Source of the DNA: Gemmatimonadota bacterium
Lineage (GTDB): Bacteria; Gemmatimonadota; Gemmatimonadetes; Longimicrobiales; Gaopeijiaceae
Reading direction: 5' to 3'
Length of the DNA: 64,000 nucleotides
NCBI GenBank assembly: GCA_039587465.1
Contig: JBDHIL010000010.1
Coordinates: 56,511-120,510, forward strand
The notes under the pieces: generated by a model
Database searches by the model: none
Told to the model about the DNA's origin: nothing
What the model saw: only the letters and a program-made list of their open reading frames with translations
Program-made: the position numbers and the translations under genes
Shown here: one piece after another, positions 31,343-41,123 of the stretch
Layout: each line of letters opens with the position of its first letter
How positions within the stretch are numbered: position 1 is the first letter of the stretch

Positions 31343-32659
31343 ATGCAACCCACACCTGAACTCTTCGAGATCCTGACGGCCCCCGCGGCGATCGCAGTCG
31401 CGCTGTTCGTGGCGGTCATGGTCGTGGTCATGACCGTGAGGGCTCTGATCGTCATCGTCCCACCCAACCGGGCCGCCGTCATCACCGGACGGGTCAGGGC
31501 CCTGGGCGACGGTCGCCAGGTCGGGTACCGCTCGGTGATCGGCGGGCGCACGCTGAGGTTGCCCATCATCGAGACCGTTCAGCACATGAACCTCGAAACG
31601 GTACCCATCGAGATTTCGGTGACGAACGCCTACACCAAGGGGAACATCCCCCTGAACGTAGAGGCGATCGCGAACGTGAAGATCGCCTCCGAACCCGAGA
31701 CGACGTTCAACAACTCGGTCGAGCGCCTTCTCGGCAAGACGGAGGACGAGATTCGGTCGCTGGCCAAGGACACGCTCATGGGCAACCTGCGCGGCGTGCT
31801 GGCCGCTCTGACGCCCGAAGAGGTCAACGAAGACCGTCTGGGCTTCGCCAAGGCACTATCAGAAGACGCGGGTGAGGATCTCACCGCTCTTGGCTTCCAC
31901 CTCGACGTCCTGAAGATCCAGAACGTCAGCGACGAACGCGGTTACCTGGAAGCCATCGGCCGCAAGAAGGCCGCTGAGGCCGTGCGTGAGGCAGAGATCG
32001 CCGAGGCCCAGGCCCAGGCCGACACCCGCGAGGCCCAGGCCCAGGCGCGACAGAGAGCCGAGATCCGGGAGGCCGAAGCGAATCTGAAGATCGCCGAGGC
32101 GAACAACGAGCTCCGCGTCCGGCAGGCTCAGCTCGATCAGGAGGGCGCCACCGCCGAGAAGACCTCGCTGGTACGCTCCGAGCAGGCAAAGGTCGAAGCC
32201 GAGCGAGAGCTGGAGGCGAAGCGGGTCGATCGGGAGACCGAGCGGCTGCGGGCCGACGTCATCGTCCCGGCAAACGCCGCACGGGACGCCGCGTTCGCGG
32301 AGGCGCAGGCGCAGGCTGCACCGATCCTCGAGCGAGGCAAGGCTCAGGTCGAGGTCCTGCAGAGGCTCGCCCACGAGGTCGAAAAGGGTGGCGATCAGGC
32401 CTTTGCCGTGTTCATGGCCGAGAAGCTGCCTCAGCTCCTGCGGATTTCCGTCGATGCGGTCAAAGGGGTGGACATCGATCGACTCATCGTCATGGACGGT
32501 GGAGACGGCGACGCGGTGAACAACGCCGTCAACCAGAGGGTCAAGGGCGCATACGGCACCTTGGAGGGACTCGCTGCGAGCCTGGGACTCGATATCCAGG
32601 AGGTGCTCGAGGGCGCAACCGCGCGCCTTCACGCCGGAGGTCGCAAGACCGAGTCCTAG
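31343..32659 (+). CDS. flotillin-like SPFH/band-7 protein (YqiK/FloT-like)
   Basis: 438 aa; N-terminal TM, SPFH domain, long Ala/Glu-rich coiled-coil (AEAQAQADTREAQAQARQRAEIREAEA...). Confidence 0.85.
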   Translation: MQPTPELFEILTAPAAIAVALFVAVMVVVMTVRALIVIVPPNRAAVITGRVRALGDGRQVGYRSVIGGRTLRLPIIETVQHMNLETVPIEISVTNAYTKGNIPLNVEAIANVKIASEPETTFNNSVERLLGKTEDEIRSLAKDTLMGNLRGVLAALTPEEVNEDRLGFAKALSEDAGEDLTALGFHLDVLKIQNVSDERGYLEAIGRKKAAEAVREAEIAEAQAQADTREAQAQARQRAEIREAEANLKIAEANNELRVRQAQLDQEGATAEKTSLVRSEQAKVEAERELEAKRVDRETERLRADVIVPANAARDAAFAEAQAQAAPILERGKAQVEVLQRLAHEVEKGGDQAFAVFMAEKLPQLLRISVDAVKGVDIDRLIVMDGGDGDAVNNAVNQRVKGAYGTLEGLAASLGLDIQEVLEGATARLHAGGRKTES

Positions 32660-32675
32660 CAGGCGGCATCACCAA

Positions 32676-32717
32676 ACCGGAACGCCCGGCGACCATGAGG
32701 TCGCCGGGCGTTCCGGT
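32676..32717. terminator. bidirectional terminator between convergent flotillin and sdhB genes
   Basis: Perfect 19-bp inverted repeat ACCGGAACGCCCGGCGACC/GGTCGCCGGGCGTTCCGGT with a 4-nt loop. Confidence 0.75.
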
Positions 32718-32737
32718 CTCTGTCACCGAATCCGGCG

Positions 32738-33490
32738 TCAGTCTCCTGCGGCCTTCCAGGTCCCAACCATAAGGTCGCGATTCAGTCGCGCGATGAAGTC
32801 CACGCTGATGCCCTTCGGACAGGCCTCCTGACACGCACCGTGGTTGGTGCACGACCCGAAGCCCTCCTCGTCGTGCTGGGCCAGCATGTCGAGCACTCGG
32901 GTGTACCGCTCGGGCTGCCCCTGCGGAAGGAGGCCCAGGTGGCTCACCTTCGCAGCCGTGAACAGCATCGCGGACGCGTTCGGGCAGGCGGCCACGCAGG
33001 CTGCGCACCCGATGCAGGCTGCAGCGTCCATGGACCTCTCCGCGTCCATCTTCCCGATCGGGATCGCATTCGCGTCCGTCGCACTTCCCGTCCGTACGGA
33101 GATATAGCCGCCGGCGTCGATGATGCGATCCAGGGCGGCCCGATCGACCGCCAGGTCCCGGAGCACCGGGAACGCCTTCGCCCTCCAGGGTTCGATCCAG
33201 ACCACCTCGCCATCCTTGAAGCTCCTCATGTGGAGCTGGCAGGTCGCGATCATGGCGTCCGGTCCGTGGGGAACGCCGTTGATCATCATGCCGCAGGTAC
33301 CGCAGATGCCCTCGCGACAGTCGTGCTCGAAGGCGATCGGTTCCTTGCCCTCGCGCGTGAGGTTCTCGTTGACGAGATCGAGCATCTCCAAGAAGGACAT
33401 ATGTTCGCTGATGTCCGAAGCCTGATAGGTCTCGAACCCGCCAGCGACGCCAGGACCCGCCTGCCGCCATACGTGCAGCGTCAGGTTCAT
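32738..33490 (-). CDS. sdhB: succinate dehydrogenase/fumarate reductase iron-sulfur subunit
   Basis: [10 protein letters not shown] (2Fe-2S), [12 protein letters not shown] and C-terminal [3Fe-4S]/[4Fe-4S] cysteines. Confidence 0.92.
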   Translation of the reverse strand: MNLTLHVWRQAGPGVAGGFETYQASDISEHMSFLEMLDLVNENLTREGKEPIAFEHDCREGICGTCGMMINGVPHGPDAMIATCQLHMRSFKDGEVVWIEPWRAKAFPVLRDLAVDRAALDRIIDAGGYISVRTGSATDANAIPIGKMDAERSMDAAACIGCAACVAACPNASAMLFTAAKVSHLGLLPQGQPERYTRVLDMLAQHDEEGFGSCTNHGACQEACPKGISVDFIARLNRDLMVGTWKAAGD

Positions 33491-35400
33491 TTGTAGCTCC
33501 TCTGCGACAGGGGCACATGATCAAAGGCGAGGGGCTCCTTGTGCAGGACCGGATCCTCACGCGCCCCCTTGTACTCCCAGACCGACGAGAACGAGAACTG
33601 CTCGTCATCCCTCTGAGCTTCACCCTCGTCGGTGGTGTGCTCAACCCTGTAGTGAGCTCCACACGACTCGTCCCGGGCAAGTGCGTCGTGACACATGACC
33701 TCCGCGAACTCGAGGAAGTCAGCGACCCGTCCAGCCTTCTCGAGAGACTGGTTGAGCGTCGCCGCGGAACCAGGTACGCGGACCTCTCTCCAGAATCGCT
33801 CCCGGATCTCCGGGATCTCGGCGAGCGCGGTCCGGAGGCCGTCCGCACTGCGGGACATGCCGCAGTGCTCCCACATGACCTTGCCGAGTTCGATGTGGAA
33901 TTCGTCCACGGTCTTGTTTCCGTTGACCGAGAGCATTCGATCCATGCGCTCACGGGTCTCCCGCTCCGCGTCACCGAAGGCGGCATGCTCGTTCGTAACC
34001 GGCTCCCGTGGAATCCCCGCCAGATAGTTCCCGATGGTGGCCGGAAGGATGAAGTAGCCGTCCGCGAGCCCCTGCATGAGGGCGCTGGCACCGAGGCGGT
34101 TCGCACCATGGTCGGAGAAATTCGCTTCTCCGCCGACGAACAGGCCAGGCACGGTACTCTCGAGATTGTAGTCGACCCAGAGGCCGCCCATCGTGTAGTG
34201 CGGCGCAGGGTAGATGCGCATCGGCCGCTCGTACGGACTCTCTCCGGTGATCTTCTGGTACATCTCGAAGAGGTTCCCGTAGCGCTCGGTGATGACCGAC
34301 TGACCGAGCCTGCTGATCGCGTGTTCGAAGTCCAGGTACACGCCATTGTTCATCGGGCCCACACCGTGCCCGGCGTCGACCATTTCCTTGGCCCGCCGCG
34401 ACGAGATGTCCCTGGGCGACAGGTTGCCGAAACTGGGATAGAAGCGCTCTAGATAGTAGTCCCGCTCGCCTTCCGGGATGTCCTTCGCCAGCCTGTCGTC
34501 ACCCGGCTGCTTGGGTACCCAGATCCGTCCATCATTGCGCAGGGACTCGCTCATCAGCGTGAGCTTGGACTGGTATGCACCGCTGGGCGGAATCGAGGTG
34601 GGATGAATCTGGGTAAAGCATGGGTTGGCGAACCCGGCCCCACGTTTCGCAGCCCTCCACGCGGCGGTGACGTTGCAGGCCTTCGCATTGGTGGAGAGAA
34701 AGAAGACGTTCGAGTAACCACCGGTCGCCAGCACCACGGCGTGGGCGGCATGGCTCTCGATCTTTCCGGACACCATGTCTCGTGTGACGATACCCCTCGC
34801 CACGCCGTCGACCACTACCAGGTCGAGCATCTCGTGGCGCGTGTACATCTGTACCGTGCCCTCAGCCACCTGACGCTTGAGCGCCTGGTAGCAGCCCAAG
34901 AGCAGCTGCTGCCCGGTCTGGCCGCGTGCGTAGAAGGTCCTCGACACCTGCGCACCACCGAAGGACCGGTTGGCGAGCAGGCCGCCGTACTCACGGGCAA
35001 ACGGAACGCCCTGGGCCACGCACTGGTCGATGATGTTCAGGCTCAGCTGGGCCAATCGATAGACGTTGGCCTCGCGGGAGCGGAAATCACCGCCCTTCAC
35101 GGTGTCGTAGAAGAGACGGAAGACAGAGTCACCGTCCCCTTGGTAGTTCTTCGCGGCGTTGATGCCACCCTGGGCCGCGATGGAGTGGGCACGGCGGGCC
35201 GAGTCGTGGAAGGTGAACGCCTTCACGTTGTAGCCCAACTCGCCCATGGTCGCGGCAGCGGCACCACCAGCCAAGCCGGTACCCACCACGATGACGTCGT
35301 ATTTCCGCTTGTTGGCGGGATTCACCAGCTTCATGTCGAAGCGGTGCTTGTCCCACTTCTGCTCGATGGGGCCCGCCGGGATCTTTGCGTCGAGTATCAC
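33487..35400 (-). CDS. sdhA: succinate dehydrogenase/fumarate reductase flavoprotein subunit
   Basis: 637 aa; FAD-binding [15 protein letters not shown] and HSIAAQGG covalent-FAD histidine motif. Confidence 0.92.
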   Translation of the reverse strand: MILDAKIPAGPIEQKWDKHRFDMKLVNPANKRKYDVIVVGTGLAGGAAAATMGELGYNVKAFTFHDSARRAHSIAAQGGINAAKNYQGDGDSVFRLFYDTVKGGDFRSREANVYRLAQLSLNIIDQCVAQGVPFAREYGGLLANRSFGGAQVSRTFYARGQTGQQLLLGCYQALKRQVAEGTVQMYTRHEMLDLVVVDGVARGIVTRDMVSGKIESHAAHAVVLATGGYSNVFFLSTNAKACNVTAAWRAAKRGAGFANPCFTQIHPTSIPPSGAYQSKLTLMSESLRNDGRIWVPKQPGDDRLAKDIPEGERDYYLERFYPSFGNLSPRDISSRRAKEMVDAGHGVGPMNNGVYLDFEHAISRLGQSVITERYGNLFEMYQKITGESPYERPMRIYPAPHYTMGGLWVDYNLESTVPGLFVGGEANFSDHGANRLGASALMQGLADGYFILPATIGNYLAGIPREPVTNEHAAFGDAERETRERMDRMLSVNGNKTVDEFHIELGKVMWEHCGMSRSADGLRTALAEIPEIRERFWREVRVPGSAATLNQSLEKAGRVADFLEFAEVMCHDALARDESCGAHYRVEHTTDEGEAQRDDEQFSFSSVWEYKGAREDPVLHKEPLAFDHVPLSQRSYK

Positions 35401-35413
35401 GGTCAGGTCTCCC

Positions 35414-36095
35414 CTAGTTCACCAGAAAGCCGGCCACAACCGAGACCGGAATGGATACGAATCCCACGAAGAGCAGCAGCGCCATGATGACCGCGAACGG
35501 TCTACGAAAGCGGTGATACTTCGGGTGTGCTGCTCCCAGCGACTGGAACATGCTCCACAGCCCGTGATAGAGGTGTGCGCACACAGCGATGATAGCCAGC
35601 ACGTAGAAGGCCGCGACGAGCGGGTTGCTGAGCCCGATAATCGTATTTGCGTAGGCCTCGCCCTCGACGAAGCTCGGGTGAACCTGCCCCGTCGTCAGGT
35701 GAAGGAGATGGAACACCATGAAGACCAGGATGAACACCCCCCCCCCAACGCATGAACCTGGACATACGCGAGAATGAAAGGTTCTCCTGTCGCCTGTACT
35801 TCGTAGTGCGTGCATCCCAGCTCGACCTGGAGGTCTCCCACGCCAGGATCACGTGCACCAGGAAGGCCGCCAAAACGACTGCGCGGAAGGCCCAGAGGAA
35901 ACCACTCGGCGGAAGAATCGGGGCACCGATCTCGCGAAGATGGTGCGCATACTCGTCGAAGGTCTCAGCTCCGGCATAGAGCTTGAGGTTTCCGATCAGA
36001 TGGCCGACCAGAAACCCGAACCATATGAATCCGGTGACCGCCATGAGGACCTTCTTGCCCACGGACGACCGGTACAGCGCAGCGACCCGTCGCAT
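35414..36095 (-). CDS. sdhC: succinate dehydrogenase cytochrome b subunit (type B, B. subtilis SdhC-like), interrupted by a frameshift at a G10 homopolymer
   Basis: Two overlapping ORFs (35502-36095 and 35414-35815) each carry one half of an SdhC-like protein; they join in frame if the run at 35737-35746 has 11 or 8 nt instead of 10 (...[19 protein letters not shown]...). Confidence 0.7.
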
Positions 36096-36188
36096 CGCGA
36101 CTCCCTATGTGTCGAAGGCTGGTGAGGTGGGTGGGACGACGGAGCGCCGTCCCACCGGTTCACTAACTCAAATTGAGTGGAGCTGGCT

Positions 36189-37127
36189 TCATGCGAGAGC
36201 CCTAAGAGCCTCGACTGTGGACTTCACGTGCTGCGCGCTCGTCTCGAGCGCGGCCTGCTCGTCGGCACTGAGATCGACCTCGATGATCTTCTTCAGACCA
36301 CCCTCGCCGAGGAGACAGGGAACGCCCAGGTAGAGATCGCTCTGCCCGAACTCGCCCTGCAGCCAAGCCGCACACGGCAAGATCCGCCGCTTGTCCTTCA
36401 CGATAGCTTCGGCCATCTGGACAGCAGCCGCGGCCGGCGCGTAATACGCACTTCCCGTCTTCAGGTATCCGACGATTTCTCCGCCGCCCTTACGCGTGCG
36501 CTCCACGAGGGCATCGATGCGATCCTGGTCGAGCAGCTGACCGAGAGGGATGCCGCTTACCGACGTGTAGCTGGCGAGCGGAACCATGGTGTCGCCGTGT
36601 CCACCGAGCACCAGCGCCTGGATGTCCTCGATGCTGACGTCGAGTTCGAGCGCAATGAACGAACGGTAGCGCGCAGTGTCGAGAACTCCGGCCATGCCGA
36701 TGACGCGCTCTCTCGGGAAACCCGTGGCCTCGAGCGCCACCTGGGACATCACGTCGAGCGGATTCGATACCATGATGATGATGGAATCGGGGGCGACGCG
36801 GGCAATTTCCTTCGAAACCGATTCGACGATACCTGCGTTGGTGCGCAGGAGGTCGTCACGGCTCATTCCCGGCTTCCGGGCAATCCCCGCCGTGACGATG
36901 AAGATGTCCGTGCCCTCGCAGAGGCTGTAGTCGTTCGAGCCATAGATTCGAGAGTCGAAACCCTCGATTGGAGCACTCTCCCACTGGTCGAGGCCTTTAC
37001 CCTGCGGGATGCCTTCCGCGATGTCGACCAGAATGACCTCTCGGGCCAGTTCTTTCATGGCGGTGAGCTGGGCACAGGTCGCCCCTACGTGGCCCGCTCC
37101 GACCACAGTGATCTTCTTGACGCTCAT
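36189..37127 (-). CDS. mdh: malate dehydrogenase (LDH-like family)
   Basis: [17 protein letters not shown]... Rossmann motif and [17 protein letters not shown]; start taken at MSVKK. Confidence 0.9.
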   Translation of the reverse strand: MSVKKITVVGAGHVGATCAQLTAMKELAREVILVDIAEGIPQGKGLDQWESAPIEGFDSRIYGSNDYSLCEGTDIFIVTAGIARKPGMSRDDLLRTNAGIVESVSKEIARVAPDSIIIMVSNPLDVMSQVALEATGFPRERVIGMAGVLDTARYRSFIALELDVSIEDIQALVLGGHGDTMVPLASYTSVSGIPLGQLLDQDRIDALVERTRKGGGEIVGYLKTGSAYYAPAAAAVQMAEAIVKDKRRILPCAAWLQGEFGQSDLYLGVPCLLGEGGLKKIIEVDLSADEQAALETSAQHVKSTVEALRALA

Positions 37128-37221
37128 GTTCTTGGAATCCCGTTGGGGCAGGATGGGTACGTGGACGATACTCGAACGTACCCGAAGGTGCATGAAGGGT
37201 CAACGCAGTCCAGAAGCCCCC

Positions 37222-38202
37222 TCAACCGCCCGTCTGGGAGAGGGCTACCAGGCCCCCTGAACCCACGTCACTGCCCTGCACCAGGTAGTGCCGATCAGGC
37301 TTGATCTCCAGCGTCTTCCGGATGAGCGGCACGAGGTCCGATCCGTCCCGCAGTGGGTCACGCAGGTTCGTCTGGATATCACCGAAAAGACACGGTCGGA
37401 GGTGTCCGTCGGCGGTGAGTCGCATGCGGTTGCACGTGTCGCAGTAGTTGTGGCTCATGGGAGTGATCACCCCAACGGTCCCCGGCGCTCCCGGGAAGCG
37501 GTAATACGCTGCAGGACCGTTGCCGGGCGGACCCTCGACGGGCTCGAGCGTGTCCACCGCGCGAAGACGCCCGAGAGCTCTCTGGCAGGAGAAGAACTGT
37601 TCGGCGCTCATCTCCAGGTTCGAGCCTGTAGGCATGATCTCGATGAACCGCACGTGCCAGGGGCGCTCTCGCGTCATCTCGGCGAAGTCCTCGATCTCGT
37701 CGTCGTTGACTCCCTTGATGAGCACGACGTTCATCTTGATGGGGCTGAAGCCCACCCGCTCCGCAGCGTCCAGCCCGTCCATGATCCGTGGAAACGACCC
37801 GGGACGGCGGGCAATCCCGTCCACACGGTCCTCACGGAGCGAGTCGAGGCTCACGTTGACCCGATGGACGCCCGCCTCCCTGAGCGTGTCTGCGAAGTCA
37901 CCGAGCAGAACCGCGTTCGTCGACAGCGACAGGTCGTCGATCCCCGGAACGGCAGCAAGGAGCTTGACGAGTTCGGGGAGATCTCGCCGGATGAGCGGCT
38001 CACCGCCCGTCAGGCGCACCCGGCGAAGTCCCATGCCGGCCATGGTGCGCACGATCCGCTCGATCTCTTCGTAGGTCAGCAGCTCGCGGCGCTTCATCCG
38101 GGGCATACCCTCAAGGGGCATGCAGTACGTACACCGGAGGTTGCAGTTGTCGGTGACTGAGATCCGCAGATACTCCACGCGGCGTCCGAACTGATCGATC
38201 AT
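37222..38202 (-). CDS. moaA: GTP 3',8-cyclase (molybdenum cofactor biosynthesis protein A)
   Basis: Radical-SAM CNLRCTYC motif and MoaA C-terminal cysteines. Confidence 0.9.
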   Translation of the reverse strand: MIDQFGRRVEYLRISVTDNCNLRCTYCMPLEGMPRMKRRELLTYEEIERIVRTMAGMGLRRVRLTGGEPLIRRDLPELVKLLAAVPGIDDLSLSTNAVLLGDFADTLREAGVHRVNVSLDSLREDRVDGIARRPGSFPRIMDGLDAAERVGFSPIKMNVVLIKGVNDDEIEDFAEMTRERPWHVRFIEIMPTGSNLEMSAEQFFSCQRALGRLRAVDTLEPVEGPPGNGPAAYYRFPGAPGTVGVITPMSHNYCDTCNRMRLTADGHLRPCLFGDIQTNLRDPLRDGSDLVPLIRKTLEIKPDRHYLVQGSDVGSGGLVALSQTGG

Positions 38203-38651
38203 CCGTCACCTCCAAGGAGTCCATCCGCGGGCGGAACGGCACCCGCGACCCACTCGTCGCTTCCGTCTTCGTAGTGCTCCTTCTTCCAAACCGGGAGTCG
38301 CTTCTTGACCTCCTCGATCACATACCGGGCAGCTTCGAAGGCTTCGCCACGGTGCGGACTCGAAACGGCGATCGCCACGCTCGCATCCCCTATTCGCAGC
38401 TCTCCGATCCGATGGACTACGGCGATCCGGTCCGTTCCCAAGTGGAGCGCAGCTTCCCCGGCGATCGCCTCGAGTACGTCCACGGCCATCTCTTCGAATG
38501 ATTCGTAGCGCATGCCTGTCACGGAGCGGCCGTCCGCATGATTCCGCACGACCCCTACGAACAGGAGGACCGCTCCATCCTGTTCGTGGCCCACCTGCTC
38601 GATCACGCTGGCTGGATCGATAGGATCCTGCTGGACGGATACCTGGATCAT
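38199..38651 (-). CDS. moaE: molybdopterin synthase catalytic subunit
   Basis: MoaE pattern (FVGVVRN... AVSSPHR... PVWKKE); start taken at MIQVSV. Confidence 0.85.
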   Translation of the reverse strand: MIQVSVQQDPIDPASVIEQVGHEQDGAVLLFVGVVRNHADGRSVTGMRYESFEEMAVDVLEAIAGEAALHLGTDRIAVVHRIGELRIGDASVAIAVSSPHRGEAFEAARYVIEEVKKRLPVWKKEHYEDGSDEWVAGAVPPADGLLGGDG

Positions 38652-38658
38652 GACCTCC

Positions 38659-38910
38659 TCAGCCCCCGGCGACCGGAGGGATGAATGCGACCTCGTCGCC
38701 GTGCTGGAGCGGTGCAGACAGAGGAGAGTATACCCGGTTGACGGCCACCGCCGGCTCTGCAGGCAGCCCGTCGAAGGGAGCGCCACGGCCTCGCAGGTCC
38801 TCCACGAGGTCTCGCACCGTCGCGCCGTCCGGAAGGTCCAACTCGAGGCGGGACGCGCCGAGGAGGTCTCTGTAGGCGGCGAAGAAGAGGGCGTGAACAG
38901 GCAGTGACAT
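38659..38910 (-). CDS. moaD: molybdopterin synthase sulfur-carrier subunit
   Basis: 83 aa ending in Gly-Gly (PPVAGG). Confidence 0.8.
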   Translation of the reverse strand: MSLPVHALFFAAYRDLLGASRLELDLPDGATVRDLVEDLRGRGAPFDGLPAEPAVAVNRVYSPLSAPLQHGDEVAFIPPVAGG

Positions 38911-39014
38911 AGGCTAGCCGTGCAGTCCGTGGCGGGGAAAGCGCAGACTAGGTAGACACGGACCGGGGGTCAACGTTCCCAGCCCCTTCCCGGACTTTCG
39001 CCTGGGCAGGTCGG

Positions 39015-39632
39015 TTATCGCCCGAATCCGGGGACCGTGGGGTCGAGCCTCCACATCGAATGCACCTGTCCCCTGCCTCCCGCGGCAGGCTCCATTCCGC
39101 CCCCACCACCTCGCGGAGGTCGCCGCGCCCCCTGCTGCTGCCCCAACGCTCGAACCCGCTCATTCAACTGTTCCCTCATGACCTGGAACTGGAGGATCTG
39201 CGACGGAGTAAGGACCCGCCTGAGGGCCTGCTGCTCTCGTGTGAAGATCAGGAGCTCTCTCTCCCGAAGCTCCACCATGCGTCCCAAGAGGTCTTCGGCC
39301 TCTTCGTCCACTACTGATCCCTCGATGAGAACCGCCTCCACCCGTCGACGTAGGCCCTGGTCCTGCCGCATCAGTTGGAGCCGCTCCTCCTGGAAGGGCT
39401 CCATCACCTCACCCAGCTCAGCGGCCTGCTCGTCCGTGAGTTCGAGTTGTGTGCGGATCATCTGCGCGAACCGCTGCCGTACCCGGCGCTCGAGTTGGAC
39501 GCGGTCCTGAGGTGGGCCCACCCTGCCTCCCCCCCTCCGCTGGGGCTCCTGAGCTCCCAACGCAGTCGGCGCTCCGACGAGAGCGAACATCAGTGCCGTC
39601 CAACCCAACAATCGCATCGCCCTCCCTCTCAT
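39015..39632 (-). CDS. periplasmic LTXXQ-motif protein (Spy/CpxP/ZraP-like)
   Basis: Signal peptide MRLLGWTALMFALVGAPTALGA; LTDEQ and LTPSQ motifs in predicted helices; last gene of the ECF sigma/anti-sigma operon; start at MRGRAM or MRLLGW. Confidence 0.65.
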   Translation of the reverse strand: MRGRAMRLLGWTALMFALVGAPTALGAQEPQRRGGGRVGPPQDRVQLERRVRQRFAQMIRTQLELTDEQAAELGEVMEPFQEERLQLMRQDQGLRRRVEAVLIEGSVVDEEAEDLLGRMVELRERELLIFTREQQALRRVLTPSQILQFQVMREQLNERVRALGQQQGARRPPRGGGGGMEPAAGGRGQVHSMWRLDPTVPGFGR

Positions 39633-40093
39633 GCTGCACCTCCTGATCCCAGATCGCTGAGGAGTTGCTCCAACGCTTCGTCGGACAGCCCGTCGAGGGC
39701 GGGAGCGCCCGCGACGAGTCCATCTTCGCTCAACCACAGCCCTCCCTCTCCGGTGTCGGCCGCATACACGGGCACCGCGATCGGCGAAACATCCCGACTC
39801 GAGAGCACGCCGATGCCGAGCGCCAGGACGGCCACCGCCGCTGCGGAGAACCCCCACCACGGACGACTCCGGGCGCGGCGACCCCGCCCTACCGCGACCC
39901 TGATGCTGTCAGAAAGCCCCGCGGGCGGCTCTGATCGCGTGGCCATCAGGAGAGCGACGAGATCTGCCTCGCGACGGCAGTCGGCACAGGCCGCGACATG
40001 AGCCTCCGCCTCCTGCCGCACCGACGGATCGAGCTCCGTTGACGCCAGCAGCGGAATCCACTCCCGAGCATCTGCACACTGCATGTCCTTCAT
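39629..40093 (-). CDS. membrane-anchored zinc-binding anti-sigma factor (ZAS-type)
   Basis: N-terminal H-x3-C-x2-C motif (HVAACADC), single TM (WWGFSAAAVAVLALGIGVL); overlaps the sigma gene by 4 bp. Confidence 0.75.
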   Translation of the reverse strand: MKDMQCADAREWIPLLASTELDPSVRQEAEAHVAACADCRREADLVALLMATRSEPPAGLSDSIRVAVGRGRRARSRPWWGFSAAAVAVLALGIGVLSSRDVSPIAVPVYAADTGEGGLWLSEDGLVAGAPALDGLSDEALEQLLSDLGSGGAA

Positions 40094-40644
40094 TCCATCA
40101 ACTCCCTCAGGTGGCGAATGCCGTGGAAATAGTTGACCCTGGCCGCGCCCTCACTGGATCCGATCGCGACTCCGATCTCCTTGAAACTCATCCCCTCTTC
40201 CACACGAAGCGACACCGACAGTCGCTGCTTCTCGGGAAGAAGCTGGATCAGCCGCCGGACCCTCTCCGCCTCAGTCCGCTCGAGGGCCTGCTCCTCCGGA
40301 TCCCGACCGCCGTCCACCACCGGACCCACAACCTCCAGTGACTGCTCCCGGCGGCGAGCCCGTTTGCGCAGCGTACCCCGAGCCTCGTTGGCGGCGATGC
40401 TCAGAAGCCACGTTTTGAACGCGGCGTCACCTCGGAAGCGGCCAAGCGCGACGAACGCCTTCACGAAAGCTTCCTGGGTCACGTCAAACGCCAGGTCAGC
40501 GTCGCTCACCATCGAGAGTGCCATCCGATACACCACCGGGTGATGCCGTTCAACGAGGACACCGAAAGCCGCTTCATCTCCGGCACGGCTCCGTTGGACC
40601 AACTCCTCGTCGGGCAGGTGCCCCCACCGATCGTCGTCCCTCAC
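40090..40644 (-). CDS. ECF (sigma-70 family) RNA polymerase sigma factor
   Basis: 184 aa with sigma region 2 (FVKAFVALGRFRG) and region 4 HTH (MSFKEIGVAIG). Confidence 0.85.
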   Translation of the reverse strand: MRDDDRWGHLPDEELVQRSRAGDEAAFGVLVERHHPVVYRMALSMVSDADLAFDVTQEAFVKAFVALGRFRGDAAFKTWLLSIAANEARGTLRKRARRREQSLEVVGPVVDGGRDPEEQALERTEAERVRRLIQLLPEKQRLSVSLRVEEGMSFKEIGVAIGSSEGAARVNYFHGIRHLRELME

Positions 40645-40720
40645 AGAATCTCAGACGCCCGGACGGGGCGGATCGTTAAATGGCGAGGAAGGCTCTTCCC
40701 CTATTTCGGGGCGCCGTGGG

Positions 40721-41020
40721 TCAGCGCTCGCCCTCATCCAGTCGGGCGACCCTGGCTCGCAAGTGCTTGGATGGCTTGAACACCGGCACCAGCCTCGGAG
40801 GAACCTCGACCGCATCGCCGGTCCGGGGGTTGCGCGCCATGCGCGTCTTCCGCTTGCGAACCTTGAACGTCCCGAAACCACGGATTTCGATGTTCTCACC
40901 CGTAGCCAGGGCGAGCTTCAGCGCGTTGAGAAACCCGTCTACCACGAGGGCACAGTCCTTCTTTGTGATCCCGGGGCCGATGGCCTCTGCCACCTGCTCG
41001 ACGAGGTCCGCCTTGGTCAT
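40721..41020 (-). CDS. HU/IHF family DNA-binding protein
   Basis: 99 aa; MTKADLVEQVA... GFGTFKVRKR... RNPRTGD arm motif. Confidence 0.9.
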   Translation of the reverse strand: MTKADLVEQVAEAIGPGITKKDCALVVDGFLNALKLALATGENIEIRGFGTFKVRKRKTRMARNPRTGDAVEVPPRLVPVFKPSKHLRARVARLDEGER

Positions 41021-41094
41021 TCTGCCTCCAGAACGCGTTTCTCAGGATTCCGACTCAACAGGGGTGCCACGGTAACGAGGGCCAAGTTGCGCCG

Positions 41095-41122
41095 CAAGAA
41101 CCACTTGCAGAGGTGGTTCTTG
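41095..41122 (-). terminator. hairpin immediately downstream of the carA stop
   Basis: CAAGAACCAC-ttgcagag-GTGGTTCTTG, 10-bp perfect stem. Confidence 0.55.
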
Positions 41123-41123
41123 T

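Noticed and set aside
30438-31355. 305-aa minus-strand ORF spanning the NfeD-like gene
   Set aside because: Antisense to a gene with clear TM/OB-fold architecture; the translation is His/Val-rich and merely mirrors the DV repeat.
35414-36095. Calling sdhC a true pseudogene
   Set aside because: sdhA and sdhB are intact and the break is exactly at a 10-nt homopolymer. A length error is more parsimonious, so it is kept as a CDS with a flagged frameshift.
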